Below are positions 28,078 through 37,394 of a DNA stretch of 64,000 nucleotides, in pieces. The notes below the pieces were generated by a model that was not told the origin of the DNA, did no database searches, and was given only the letters and a program-made list of their open reading frames with translations. Position 1 is the first letter of the stretch. Each line of letters starts with the position of its first letter. The DNA lies in NCBI GenBank assembly GCA_963695545.1, contig OY968796.1, forward strand, positions 1,408,001 to 1,472,000. Direction: 5' to 3'. Both the position numbers and the translations under genes were made by a program. This stretch comes from Terriglobia bacterium (lineage in GTDB: Bacteria > Acidobacteriota > Terriglobia > Acidiferrales > UBA7541).

Positions 28078-30531
28078 ATGACGCCGCTCCTGCAGGACAT
28101 CCGCTACGCAATCCGCATTCTGGTGAAGTCGCCGGGCTTCACGGTTATCGCGATCCTCACGCTGGCTCTGGGGATCGGGGCCAATACGGCTCTGTTTTCG
28201 GTGGTCAATGGCGTCCTGCTTAACCCGCTTCCGTACGAGCAGCCTGATCGCCTCGTCGCGCTCTATTCGCACACGCGAACGTTCACACACTCCTCCATCT
28301 CGTATCCAAATTTCCTCGATTGGGTGCGTGAGAATCGCACGTTTGCCGGCATGGCAGCGTTCCGCAGCGATGATTCCAACATGACCGGAATGGGCGAACC
28401 CGAGCGCGTGAAGATGGAAATGGTTTCGGCGAACTTCTTCTCCGTTCTCGGCGTGAAGCCCCTTATCGGCCGCTCGTTTTTGCCTCCGGAGGATCAGCTC
28501 GGCGCTGCGCCTGTGGTGATGATCAGCGATGGAATCTGGCAGCGGAAATTTGGCGGCGCACCCGGTGCCATCGGCAGAACTCTCACGTTAAACGGCACGG
28601 ATTATACGATCATCGGAGTCGTGCCCAATGACTTTCATTATCACAGCGGCAATTTCCGTACGAACACGGACGTCTTCGCGCCCATTGGCCAATGGAACGG
28701 GCCGCTTTTTCGCGATCGCCGCACCGGCATGGGAATGGATGCCGTCGGGCGGCTCGCGCCGGGCGTCACTTTGGCGCAGGCCCAAGCCGATATGGATTCG
28801 GTCGCGAACAACCTCGCGATTGCATTCCCTAACGCGGACAAGGGTAGCGGCGTCACGATGGTCACGCTCCGAGAGGATGTCGTCGGCAACATTCGCCCGT
28901 TTCTTCTCGTGCTTCTGGCTGCCGTGGGATTCGTGCTGCTGATCGCCTGCGCCAACGTGGCCAACTTGCTTCTTGTCCGCGCCACGGGCCGCGCGCGCGA
29001 ATTCGCCATTCGCGCCGCGCTGGGCGCCAATCAGGCGCGCGTTGTGCGTCAACTGCTCACCGAAAGCGTGTTGCTTTCGCTTATCGGCGGAGCGCTCGGG
29101 TTGACGCTCGCGGCGTGGGGCACTCGCGCGGCGCTTCGCGTGCTGCCGGATGCCCTGCCGCGCGCCAACGAAATTCATCTTGATGTGTTCGTGCTGCTTT
29201 TCACGCTCGGCATATCGATTCTTGTGGGAATTGTCTTTGGGCTCGTTCCCGCGCTCAAGACGGCCCATCGCGACTTGCACGAAACCCTGAAGGAAGGCGG
29301 CCGGGGTGGCAGCGGGTTGCGCCATCGCACCCAAAACACTTTCGTTGTGATCGAAGTGGCCCTTGCGCTCGTGCTACTGGTCGGCGCCGGCCTGATGATT
29401 CGCAGCCTGGCCGTGCTCTCGGGAGTAAGCCCGGGCTTTAATCCGCACAATGCGCTGGAATTCAACATCGGTTCCTCCCAACCCTTGGGCGGGACGCCGG
29501 ATCAGATTCGCGCAGTGTTTCTTGGGCTGCACGATTGCCTCGCTGCCGTACCCGGCGTGCAGTCCGTATCGCTCGAGGTAGGTTCCACGCCGATGCAAGG
29601 CGATTCGGACGTCGGCTTTTGGCTCGAAGGTCAGCCTAAACCCACCAGCGACACCGATATGAAGACGGCTCTCTTCTATTCTGTTCAGCCGGACTATCTG
29701 ACGGCGATGGGAATTCCCCTGCTCCGCGGACGGTTTCTAACGGTCGATGACAATCAACACTCGCCACCCGTGATCGTCATCGACAAGGAGTTCGCCCGCC
29801 TCGCTTTCGGCAATGACGATCCCATCGGCAAACGGGTGAATCTTGAGATCATCGGCACCGCGCCGCAAGTCGTCGGCGTGGTAGGCCACGTTAAGCAATG
29901 GGGCTTGGACGAAGGCAGCCATTCGCCCGTGCTGGCGCAGTTCTATTTCCCTATGTCGCAGGTCCCTGATCAATTTATGCCGCTTCTGGCGCGCGGCGTC
30001 GGAGCCGTGGTGCGCACCGATGGCTCGCCGCTCTCCGCGGTCGGAGGACTCCGCCACGCGCTTCAAGAATTCAACGGTCAGGCGGTGATGTATGGTACGC
30101 AGCCGCTGGACGAAGTCATCTCCGATTCCATCGCTTCGCGCCGCTTTGCGATGATTTTGCTGGGCGTTTTCGCCGGGCTCGCGCTGCTTCTTTCAGCGAT
30201 CGGCATTTACGGCGTGATCTCCTACATCGTTGGCCAGCGCGTTCACGAAATCGGCATACGTTTGGCGCTCGGAGCGCATCCCGCGGACGTCTTACGACTT
30301 GTCCTCGCGCAAGGCACGAAACTGGCGCTCGTAGGCGTCGCGATCGGCATTGCCGCGGCGCTCGCGCTTACGCGGCTGATGACAAAAATGATTTTCGGCG
30401 TCAGCGCCCACGATCCGCTCACGTTCGTGGGAGTGGCGATCATCCTTGTGATGGTCGCGCTCGCGGCATGCTACATTCCCGCCCGCCGCGCGATGCGCAC
30501 CGACCCGATGGTCGCTCTGCGGTACGAATGA
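28078..30531 (+). CDS. ADOP-family duplicated ABC permease
   Basis: LLQDIRYAIRILVKSPGF, LGIGANTA, LLIACANVANLLL, two MacB/FtsX modules, DPMVALRYE. Confidence 0.92.
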   Translation: MTPLLQDIRYAIRILVKSPGFTVIAILTLALGIGANTALFSVVNGVLLNPLPYEQPDRLVALYSHTRTFTHSSISYPNFLDWVRENRTFAGMAAFRSDDSNMTGMGEPERVKMEMVSANFFSVLGVKPLIGRSFLPPEDQLGAAPVVMISDGIWQRKFGGAPGAIGRTLTLNGTDYTIIGVVPNDFHYHSGNFRTNTDVFAPIGQWNGPLFRDRRTGMGMDAVGRLAPGVTLAQAQADMDSVANNLAIAFPNADKGSGVTMVTLREDVVGNIRPFLLVLLAAVGFVLLIACANVANLLLVRATGRAREFAIRAALGANQARVVRQLLTESVLLSLIGGALGLTLAAWGTRAALRVLPDALPRANEIHLDVFVLLFTLGISILVGIVFGLVPALKTAHRDLHETLKEGGRGGSGLRHRTQNTFVVIEVALALVLLVGAGLMIRSLAVLSGVSPGFNPHNALEFNIGSSQPLGGTPDQIRAVFLGLHDCLAAVPGVQSVSLEVGSTPMQGDSDVGFWLEGQPKPTSDTDMKTALFYSVQPDYLTAMGIPLLRGRFLTVDDNQHSPPVIVIDKEFARLAFGNDDPIGKRVNLEIIGTAPQVVGVVGHVKQWGLDEGSHSPVLAQFYFPMSQVPDQFMPLLARGVGAVVRTDGSPLSAVGGLRHALQEFNGQAVMYGTQPLDEVISDSIASRRFAMILLGVFAGLALLLSAIGIYGVISYIVGQRVHEIGIRLALGAHPADVLRLVLAQGTKLALVGVAIGIAAALALTRLMTKMIFGVSAHDPLTFVGVAIILVMVALAACYIPARRAMRTDPMVALRYE

Positions 30532-30594
30532 CCAGTCTTCTGGGAGTGGCCTCGCGGCGCGCGATGGCCGTCGAGTCGTCGTCCGGGTCTCTTC

Positions 30595-30609
30595 TATTGC
30601 TTTCCAATA
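30595..30609. promoter_or_regulatory. Inverted repeat, candidate PadR operator
   Basis: TATTG-CTTTC-CAATA about 50 nt upstream of the PadR gene. Confidence 0.4.
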
Positions 30610-30658
30610 TGAGTCGTGGCAATCTCCGAATGTTTCCCCATAGGATTTCGGGGTAGCC

Positions 30659-31003
30659 ATGACGACCAACAAAGCTGACGTCCAGCAAGGCACACTTGCG
30701 TTGATGGTCTTGAAGACACTCGAGACCATGGGCTCGCTGCACGGATACGGCATCGCACGCCGCATAGAGCAAACCAGCGGAAATCTCTTGTCGGTGAATT
30801 ATGGCACGCTGTATCCGGCGCTGATGAAACTCGAACAGGAGGGCTGGATCGCTTCCCAGTGGGGATTGTCGGAGAGCAATCGCAAGGCGAAGTATTACCG
30901 GCTTACGCGAGCGGGGCGCAAACAACTGAAGCGGGAGTCGCTCGACTGGCAGCAGGCTACCGAGATCCTCGGGCGATTTTTGAATCCGGGCGAGGAAATC
31001 TGA
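30659..31003 (+). CDS. PadR family transcriptional regulator
   Basis: QGTLALMVLKTL, HGYGIARRIEQ, GTLYPAL, NRKAKYYRLTRAG. Confidence 0.93.
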   Translation: MTTNKADVQQGTLALMVLKTLETMGSLHGYGIARRIEQTSGNLLSVNYGTLYPALMKLEQEGWIASQWGLSESNRKAKYYRLTRAGRKQLKRESLDWQQATEILGRFLNPGEEI

Positions 31004-33666
31004 TGGGTGCGATGCGCGGGTGGTTCTTTCGACTGGGTGGGCTATTCGGAAAGAAGCGACGCGACCGTGACCTGGCGGACGAAATCGACGGCCACCTGGA
31101 AATGCACATACAGGACAACCTGAAATCCGGGATGTCGCCCGATGCCGCGCGCCGGGCTGCACTGCTCAAACTGGGCGGCCTGGAGCAAACAAAAGAGGCG
31201 TGCCGCGATCAGCGCGGACTTCCGCTCATCGAAAGCTTGCTGCAGGATGTGCGTTTCGCGCTGCGCGCGCTACGCAAATCGCCGGGATTCACGGCCGTCG
31301 CCATCGTGACGCTCGCGCTCGGAATCGGCGCGAACACCGCGATTTTCAGCGTGGTCTACGCCGTGCTTTTGAAACCACTGCCGTTCCCGCATCCCGGCCA
31401 GTTGGTCTTCTTGTCCGAAGCGAAACCGCAAGACGGGATCACAGCGGCGGGCGCATCGTACGACAATTTCACGGAGATTCGCGCGCAAAACCGGGCCTTC
31501 AGCGAACTCGCCGCCTTCGCAACGCACGAGCTCACGCTTACCGGCCGCGGAGAACCGGCCGTCGTCGATACCGGCGACGTCACGCCGGAACTTTTCGCGC
31601 TGCTGGGTACGAAGCCGGTTGTCGGCCGCACGTTCACGAGCGAAGACAACAAACAAGGCGCTCCGCCCGTGGTGATCCTCAGTGAAAGAGTTTGGCGCGA
31701 GCGCTTCGCCGCGGATCCGAACGTGATCGGCTCCTCGGTGAGCCTCGATCATCGTGCGTACACGGTCGTCGGCGTGATTCCTGATGAAGCCAGCGTGATC
31801 TTCTCGCCAGCGCGAATCCAATTCTGGATTCCCGTCGCGCAGGACCCGCTCTTCGGGCCGTGGATCCCGCGTCAGGATCTGCGCTGGCTCCCGATCATCG
31901 GACGTCTGAACCCCGGCGTTTCCGTCGCGCAAGCGCAGTCTGAAATGGACGTGGTCGCCGCGCACTTGGCCATGAAATTCCCCGCTGAAAATTCCGGATG
32001 GGTCATTCGACTCGAGCCGCTTCAGCGCGTGATTGTGGGCGACGTAAGGACCGCGCTTCTGGTGCTTTTCGGAGCCGTCGGCCTCGTGCTGCTGATGGCT
32101 TGCGCGAATATCTCAAACCTTCTGCTGGCTCGGGCCACCTCGCGCGGCAAGGAAATCGCTCTGCGCATCGCGCTTGGCGCAGGACGCGCTCGCGTGGTGC
32201 GCCAACTCCTGACCGAAAGCGCGGTCCTCGGTTTGCTCGGAGGCGCGGGGGGAGTCCTGCTTGCTTATTGGGGCGTGCACGCGTTCAGCTCATTGCTTCC
32301 TGAAAATCTTCCTCAAATCAATGCTGTTCGCGTCGACGGCGCTGTTTTGTTCTTCGCGCTGACGCTTGCGCTCCTGGCGGGGATGCTCTTCGGACTCGCG
32401 CCTGCTTTTTTTGCCGTGAGGACCAACGTGCAAGGCACACTGAAGGAAGGCGCCACGCACTCGAGCGAATCTGGCGCTCGCCGCTTCGCCCGCAGCGTCC
32501 TGGCCGCCAGCGAAGTCGCGCTGGCCATGGTGCTGCTGGTGGCTGCCGGCGTTCTGCTTCGCAGCTTCGCTGCGCTCACCTCGGTGAACCCCGGCTTCAA
32601 CATCGCGCAGGTGGTGAAAGCGGACATCCAGCTGCCGCGATTTCAGTACTCGAAGCCCGAGCAGTGGACCGCGTTCTCCGATGAACTACTTCGCCGCTTG
32701 CAATCGCAGCCGGGAATGAACGACAGCGCCATCGCCGTGCCTCTCCCGCTGAACAAGCAAGGCGCCGCGAGTCTCCCTTTCGAGATCATGGACCATGCGG
32801 CGTTGGCGAAAGGCACTCCCGAAAGCGCGGATTTCGTCTCGATCAGCCCAGGATATTTCCATGTGATGGGAATAGCGCTGCTTCGCGGCCGCGCATTCAA
32901 CGAGCAGGACGTGGCGTCCGCCCCGCGCGTGACCATCATCAGTGAAGCGTTCGCGCAGCGCTTCTTCGCGAACGAGGATCCCATCGGCAAACAGCTGGTC
33001 TTTAGCTTTCCGCCCAATCCCGGCGTTCCGCGCCAGATTGTTGGCATCGTGCGAGACGTTCGCGATGTGTCCATCGGCCAGGATCCCGGCCCCATGATGT
33101 ACGTTCCATTCAGTCAAATGCCGTTCTGGGGAGGAGAAGTGGTGGTGCGCAGCGAACTCAACGTGGGTAGTGTCGCCGCCACCATTCGCCAGGAAGTGCA
33201 CGCGGTAGATAAAGACTTGCCCGTCACGGGCGTCGTTCCCATGTCTGACCTCATCGATACTTCCGTGGAGCAGCCGCGATTTCGTACATGGCTGCTCGGC
33301 TCGTTCGCCGTGATGGCTCTGGTTCTTGCAGCTGCCGGAATTTTCGGAGTCATCTCGTACTCCGTTTCCCGCCGGACGCATGAGATCGGAATCCGCGTCA
33401 CTCTCGGAGCCTCGCCTGTCAACGTCATGCGTCTAATCCTCACCGAGTCCACGCGCCTGGTGCTCATAGGATTAGCGGTCGGCATTCCCATCTCGCTTGG
33501 ACTCGGCCGTTTCCTCTCGAATCTCCTGTTCGGCATCCACGCTGCCGACCCAGCCACCTTCACCGCTGTGGCATTCCTTCTATTTACAGTCGCAACTCTA
33601 GCCGCCTACATCCCCGCTCGGCGCGCGACCCGCGTCGATCCCATGATCGCGCTGAGGTACGAGTAG
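31003..33666 (+). CDS. ADOP-family duplicated ABC permease with permease prefix domain
   Basis: ATG overlaps the PadR TGA; DLADEIDGHLEM prefix, LLQDVRFALRALRKSPGF, DPMIALRYE. Confidence 0.92.
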   Translation: MGAMRGWFFRLGGLFGKKRRDRDLADEIDGHLEMHIQDNLKSGMSPDAARRAALLKLGGLEQTKEACRDQRGLPLIESLLQDVRFALRALRKSPGFTAVAIVTLALGIGANTAIFSVVYAVLLKPLPFPHPGQLVFLSEAKPQDGITAAGASYDNFTEIRAQNRAFSELAAFATHELTLTGRGEPAVVDTGDVTPELFALLGTKPVVGRTFTSEDNKQGAPPVVILSERVWRERFAADPNVIGSSVSLDHRAYTVVGVIPDEASVIFSPARIQFWIPVAQDPLFGPWIPRQDLRWLPIIGRLNPGVSVAQAQSEMDVVAAHLAMKFPAENSGWVIRLEPLQRVIVGDVRTALLVLFGAVGLVLLMACANISNLLLARATSRGKEIALRIALGAGRARVVRQLLTESAVLGLLGGAGGVLLAYWGVHAFSSLLPENLPQINAVRVDGAVLFFALTLALLAGMLFGLAPAFFAVRTNVQGTLKEGATHSSESGARRFARSVLAASEVALAMVLLVAAGVLLRSFAALTSVNPGFNIAQVVKADIQLPRFQYSKPEQWTAFSDELLRRLQSQPGMNDSAIAVPLPLNKQGAASLPFEIMDHAALAKGTPESADFVSISPGYFHVMGIALLRGRAFNEQDVASAPRVTIISEAFAQRFFANEDPIGKQLVFSFPPNPGVPRQIVGIVRDVRDVSIGQDPGPMMYVPFSQMPFWGGEVVVRSELNVGSVAATIRQEVHAVDKDLPVTGVVPMSDLIDTSVEQPRFRTWLLGSFAVMALVLAAAGIFGVISYSVSRRTHEIGIRVTLGASPVNVMRLILTESTRLVLIGLAVGIPISLGLGRFLSNLLFGIHAADPATFTAVAFLLFTVATLAAYIPARRATRVDPMIALRYE

Positions 33667-33970
33667 TTCTCCGCGCAGGTGGTCACGAGCCATTCTTTCG
33701 CTGACCTTCCCGTACGAGCCGATCGACCTTGGCTCAGTGATGATAAGCGCTGCCGGCTCAGGCGGTCGATTACCGGCCTTCTCTCAAACTGACCCACCGC
33801 CGATCGAGATAGTGGAGGCGAGGACACTCCGATCGGAACCACATTGGAACAGTGTTGTTGTTGTACAATTACCACACCCAGTCCGGAAACATGATTTAAT
33901 TCATTGATTGCAAAGGACTAATATTGTATCGCAACGGCCTTTGAGCTGCACTATTATAGGGCAGACGCTT

Positions 33971-34897
33971 ATGCATTGGCAGACTACCATTGGGCGACAG
34001 GTTGAGATGCACGGCGTCGGATTGCACACGGCGGTGAAGAGCCGGTTGCGATTGGTGCCGGCACCGGCCGACACGGGGATCGTATTTCGGCGCGTGGACC
34101 TGGACGGTTTCGAGATCGAAGCGCAGGCGCGGAACGTGGCTCGCGTGAGCTACGCGACGAGCCTGATGAAGAAAGGCGTGCTGCTTTCGACTACTGAGCA
34201 CCTGCTGGCGGCGCTCTATTCCTGTGGCGTGGACAACGTCTACGCCGAAGTGGACGCGCTCGAGCTGCCGATTCTGGACGGATCCTCTCAACCGTTCATT
34301 GAAATGCTCGAAGAGGCTGGAATCCGCAGCCTGCGCAAACGGCGCCGCTATCTGAAAGTGGTGAAGCCGTTTGAGGTCGCCGAAGGCGATCGCCGCATCG
34401 GAGTGTATCCGTCGGATCACTTCAGCGTGCACTGTTTGGTGGACTATGCGCACCCGGATGTTGGGCAACAGGAGATTGCGCTGAACGTGACGCGTGAAAC
34501 ATTCAGCAAGATGCTCGCGCCGGCGCGCACGTTCGGCTTCACGCGGGACTTCGACGGGCTGCGGGCCATGGGACTGATTCGCGGCGGCTCGCTCGAGAAC
34601 GCCATCGTGCTGGATGATAGCGGCATCCTGAATGGGCCGCTGCGCTTCCCGAACGAATTCGTGCGACACAAGGCGCTCGATCTGATCGGCGATCTCGCGC
34701 TGGTCGGGAGGCCGCTATTGGCGCGGGTCGAAGCGCATAAAGCGGGACACGCTTCGCACACGCAATTGGTGAGCCGGCTTCTGGCCGATACCTCGCTTTG
34801 GACGGAAACCACCGACCCGGCGTCGAGCGAAGCGGAAGCAGCCGAAACATTTGAAGCGACGCCGGCCCCGATCGCCGCACCGGGCGCAACCCCGTAA
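33971..34897 (+). CDS. lpxC: UDP-3-O-acyl-N-acetylglucosamine deacetylase
   Basis: GVGLHT, TTEHLLAAL, PILDGS, ARTFGF, RHKALDLIGD. Confidence 0.95.
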   Translation: MHWQTTIGRQVEMHGVGLHTAVKSRLRLVPAPADTGIVFRRVDLDGFEIEAQARNVARVSYATSLMKKGVLLSTTEHLLAALYSCGVDNVYAEVDALELPILDGSSQPFIEMLEEAGIRSLRKRRRYLKVVKPFEVAEGDRRIGVYPSDHFSVHCLVDYAHPDVGQQEIALNVTRETFSKMLAPARTFGFTRDFDGLRAMGLIRGGSLENAIVLDDSGILNGPLRFPNEFVRHKALDLIGDLALVGRPLLARVEAHKAGHASHTQLVSRLLADTSLWTETTDPASSEAEAAETFEATPAPIAAPGATP

Positions 34898-35033
34898 TTT
34901 CATTCCACTCGCAATCGAGGACCTTGGCTGTTTCACGGGCTGAAGCTCCAACCTCGTAAAGATGGCGGATTGACCGCCGAAACTGCTCCTCCGGATTGTC
35001 AAACGCACCTTAACATCGGAGAATCGTTCTCCA

Positions 35034-36545
35034 ATGTCTCGATCGGACATCGTGATCGTTGTGCTCGCTGCGGGCAAAGGCACGCGACTGAAATCCGCGC
35101 GCGCAAAAGTTCTGCACGAGGTTGGCGGCAGGACGCTGGTGGATCATGTGGTGCACGCGTGTTTGCCGCTTCGGTCGCGCGAGATCGTTGCGGTGGTGGG
35201 ATATCAGGCCGATGAAGTCCGCGCGGCGGTGGAACCGCTGGGCGTGCGCACGGTTTTACAAGAGCCGCAGCGCGGTACCGGGCATGCGCTGCTCGTTGCG
35301 CGCAAGGCGATTGGGAGCGCGCGCCACGTTTTGGTTGTGCCGGGGGATGCGCCATTGCTGCGGGCCGAGACGCTTTCGGCGCTGGTGCGCGCGCACCTAC
35401 AATCGGGCGCAGCGGCGACGATTCTCTCCGCCGAGGTTGCGAATCCGGCGGGCTATGGGCGCGTGGTTCGCAACGACGATGGCAGCGTGGCCGCTATCGT
35501 GGAAGATTCGGCGGTGAATGAAGAACAGCGCGGAATCCGTGAAATCAATTCAAGCACGTACTGCTTCGCGCTCGAACCGCTATGGCCTTGCCTTGCGCAG
35601 CTGAAGCCGACAAACGCGCATCGCGAACTCTATCTGACCGATGCCATCGCGCTGTTGCGTTCGCGCGGACAAACGGTGCAGGCCGTGATGGCCGCGGACG
35701 CGAACGAAATTCTGGGCTGCAACACGCGCGCGGATTTGGCGGCGGCGGACAGCATTTTTCGCGCGCGCAAGCGCGACGCCGTGATGGAGTCCGGCGTGAC
35801 GATCCGGCTGCCGGAGACGGTGCTGATCGATCCGGAAGTCACGGTGGGAGCGGACACGGTGATCGAACCGTGCGTGCAACTGCTGGGGCGCACGCGGATC
35901 GGCGCTGAGTGCAAGATTGGAACGGGAAGCGTGCTGATCGACGCGGTGCTCGAAGATCGCGTGATCGTGAAGCCGCATTCGGTGGTTCGCACAAGCCATT
36001 TGGGGCGCGGATCGAGCGTCGGTCCGTTCGCGCACTTGCGCGATGGAGCGCGCCTGGAAGAAAACGCGCACGTGGGCAACTACGTGGAAGTAAAAAAAAG
36101 CACGCTCGAACCGGGCGCGAAGGCCATGCACCTGACGTATTTGGGCGATGCTCGAGTGGGGCGCGAAACGAACATCGGAGCGGGCACGATCACCTGCAAT
36201 TACGACGGCGTGCGCAAGAACGCCACGATCATCGGGCGGCGCGTGTTCATCGGCAGCGATTCCGCGCTGGTGGCGCCGGTGCGCATCGGGGACGGGGCGT
36301 ATGTGGCCGCGGGATCGATCATCACGGAGAACGTGCCGCCGAACGCGCTGGGCATCGCGCGAGGACGGCAAGTGACTAAACTTGGCTGGGCTACGGCGCG
36401 GCGCAGAGAGCAGGCGGCCGCGGCGTCGGCTGGCGCGAAGCGGCCGAAGAAAAAGAGCGCGTCGCGAAGCAAAGCCTCGCGGCGGCGCCGTGCGTCGCCG
36501 AAAAAATCTTCGCGAAAATCCGCGCGCAAATCTTCGCGCCGCTGA
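35034..36545 (+). CDS. glmU: Bifunctional UDP-GlcNAc pyrophosphorylase / glucosamine-1-phosphate acetyltransferase with a basic C-terminal tail
   Basis: LAAGKGTRLKS, GTGHA, GYGRV, ELYLTD, hexapeptide repeats, NIGAGTITCNYDG. Confidence 0.95.
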   Translation: MSRSDIVIVVLAAGKGTRLKSARAKVLHEVGGRTLVDHVVHACLPLRSREIVAVVGYQADEVRAAVEPLGVRTVLQEPQRGTGHALLVARKAIGSARHVLVVPGDAPLLRAETLSALVRAHLQSGAAATILSAEVANPAGYGRVVRNDDGSVAAIVEDSAVNEEQRGIREINSSTYCFALEPLWPCLAQLKPTNAHRELYLTDAIALLRSRGQTVQAVMAADANEILGCNTRADLAAADSIFRARKRDAVMESGVTIRLPETVLIDPEVTVGADTVIEPCVQLLGRTRIGAECKIGTGSVLIDAVLEDRVIVKPHSVVRTSHLGRGSSVGPFAHLRDGARLEENAHVGNYVEVKKSTLEPGAKAMHLTYLGDARVGRETNIGAGTITCNYDGVRKNATIIGRRVFIGSDSALVAPVRIGDGAYVAAGSIITENVPPNALGIARGRQVTKLGWATARRREQAAAASAGAKRPKKKSASRSKASRRRRASPKKSSRKSARKSSRR

Positions 36546-36616
36546 CGAGATAGAAAGCAAAATTCTCCGCCGGTGCGGCTGTGCTACAATGAATTTATCC
36601 GGAGGGCGCAATCGAA

Positions 36617-37327
36617 ATGCAATTCGGCGTCGTAGTGTTTCCTGGATCAAACTGCGATCACGACGCTTGGTACGCTCTCGGCACGGTCCTCGGCCAGAAC
36701 GTTCGATTCCTGTGGCATCAATCTGAAAATCTCGAAGGGTGTGACGCCGTGATTCTTCCCGGCGGGTTTTCTTACGGCGATTATTTGCGCACCGGCGCGA
36801 TCGCGCGATTTTCGCCGGTGATGGGCGCGATCGAGAAATTCGCGCGGCGCGGCGGATTGGTGCTGGGCATTTGCAATGGATTTCAGATTTTGTGCGAAGC
36901 GGGATTGCTTCCGGGAGTGCTGATGCGCAACACAGGTCTGCGATTTGTGTGCAAGCAGGTTCACGTTCGCGTCGAAACCACAGATACGCCGTTCACGGCC
37001 GCCGCCGAGATGGGGCGAGCGCTGCGCATGCCGATCGCGCACGCGGAAGGAAGTTATTTTTGCGATCCGGAGACACTCGCTGAACTTGAACGCAACGCGC
37101 AGATCGTATTTCGCTACTGCACGCCTGATGGGCGCATTACGGCGGAGGCCAATCCGAACGGCTCGCTACAGAACATCGCAGGAATTTGCAGCCGCGAGCG
37201 CAACGTTATGGGATTGATGCCGCATCCGGAGCGCGCGGCGGAAGAAATTTTGGGATCGGCGGACGGCGCGGTGGTGTTGCGGTCGACCATCGCGTCGCTG
37301 GCGCGCGCGGGAGCCGTGTCGGCGTAA
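36617..37327 (+). CDS. purQ: FGAM synthase glutaminase subunit
   Basis: [31 protein letters not shown]. Confidence 0.96.
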   Translation: MQFGVVVFPGSNCDHDAWYALGTVLGQNVRFLWHQSENLEGCDAVILPGGFSYGDYLRTGAIARFSPVMGAIEKFARRGGLVLGICNGFQILCEAGLLPGVLMRNTGLRFVCKQVHVRVETTDTPFTAAAEMGRALRMPIAHAEGSYFCDPETLAELERNAQIVFRYCTPDGRITAEANPNGSLQNIAGICSRERNVMGLMPHPERAAEEILGSADGAVVLRSTIASLARAGAVSA

Positions 37328-37394
37328 GCGCGCGAGGTTCCCGATTAAAACTGCCGGACGCGGAATTCTTAACACGGTTCGTTGAAAGACAGGG

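Noticed and set aside
30859..31002. Extended N-termini in the ORF track (ADOP 30859, modC 22112, argH 60838, modA 23451)
   Set aside because: They overlap upstream genes. Downstream starts with RBS or stop/start coupling fit family lengths better.
33781..33800. CTCAAACTGACCCAC as a mobile-element end
   Set aside because: It looks like a terminal motif, but I found no partner end, target duplication or recombinase in the window.
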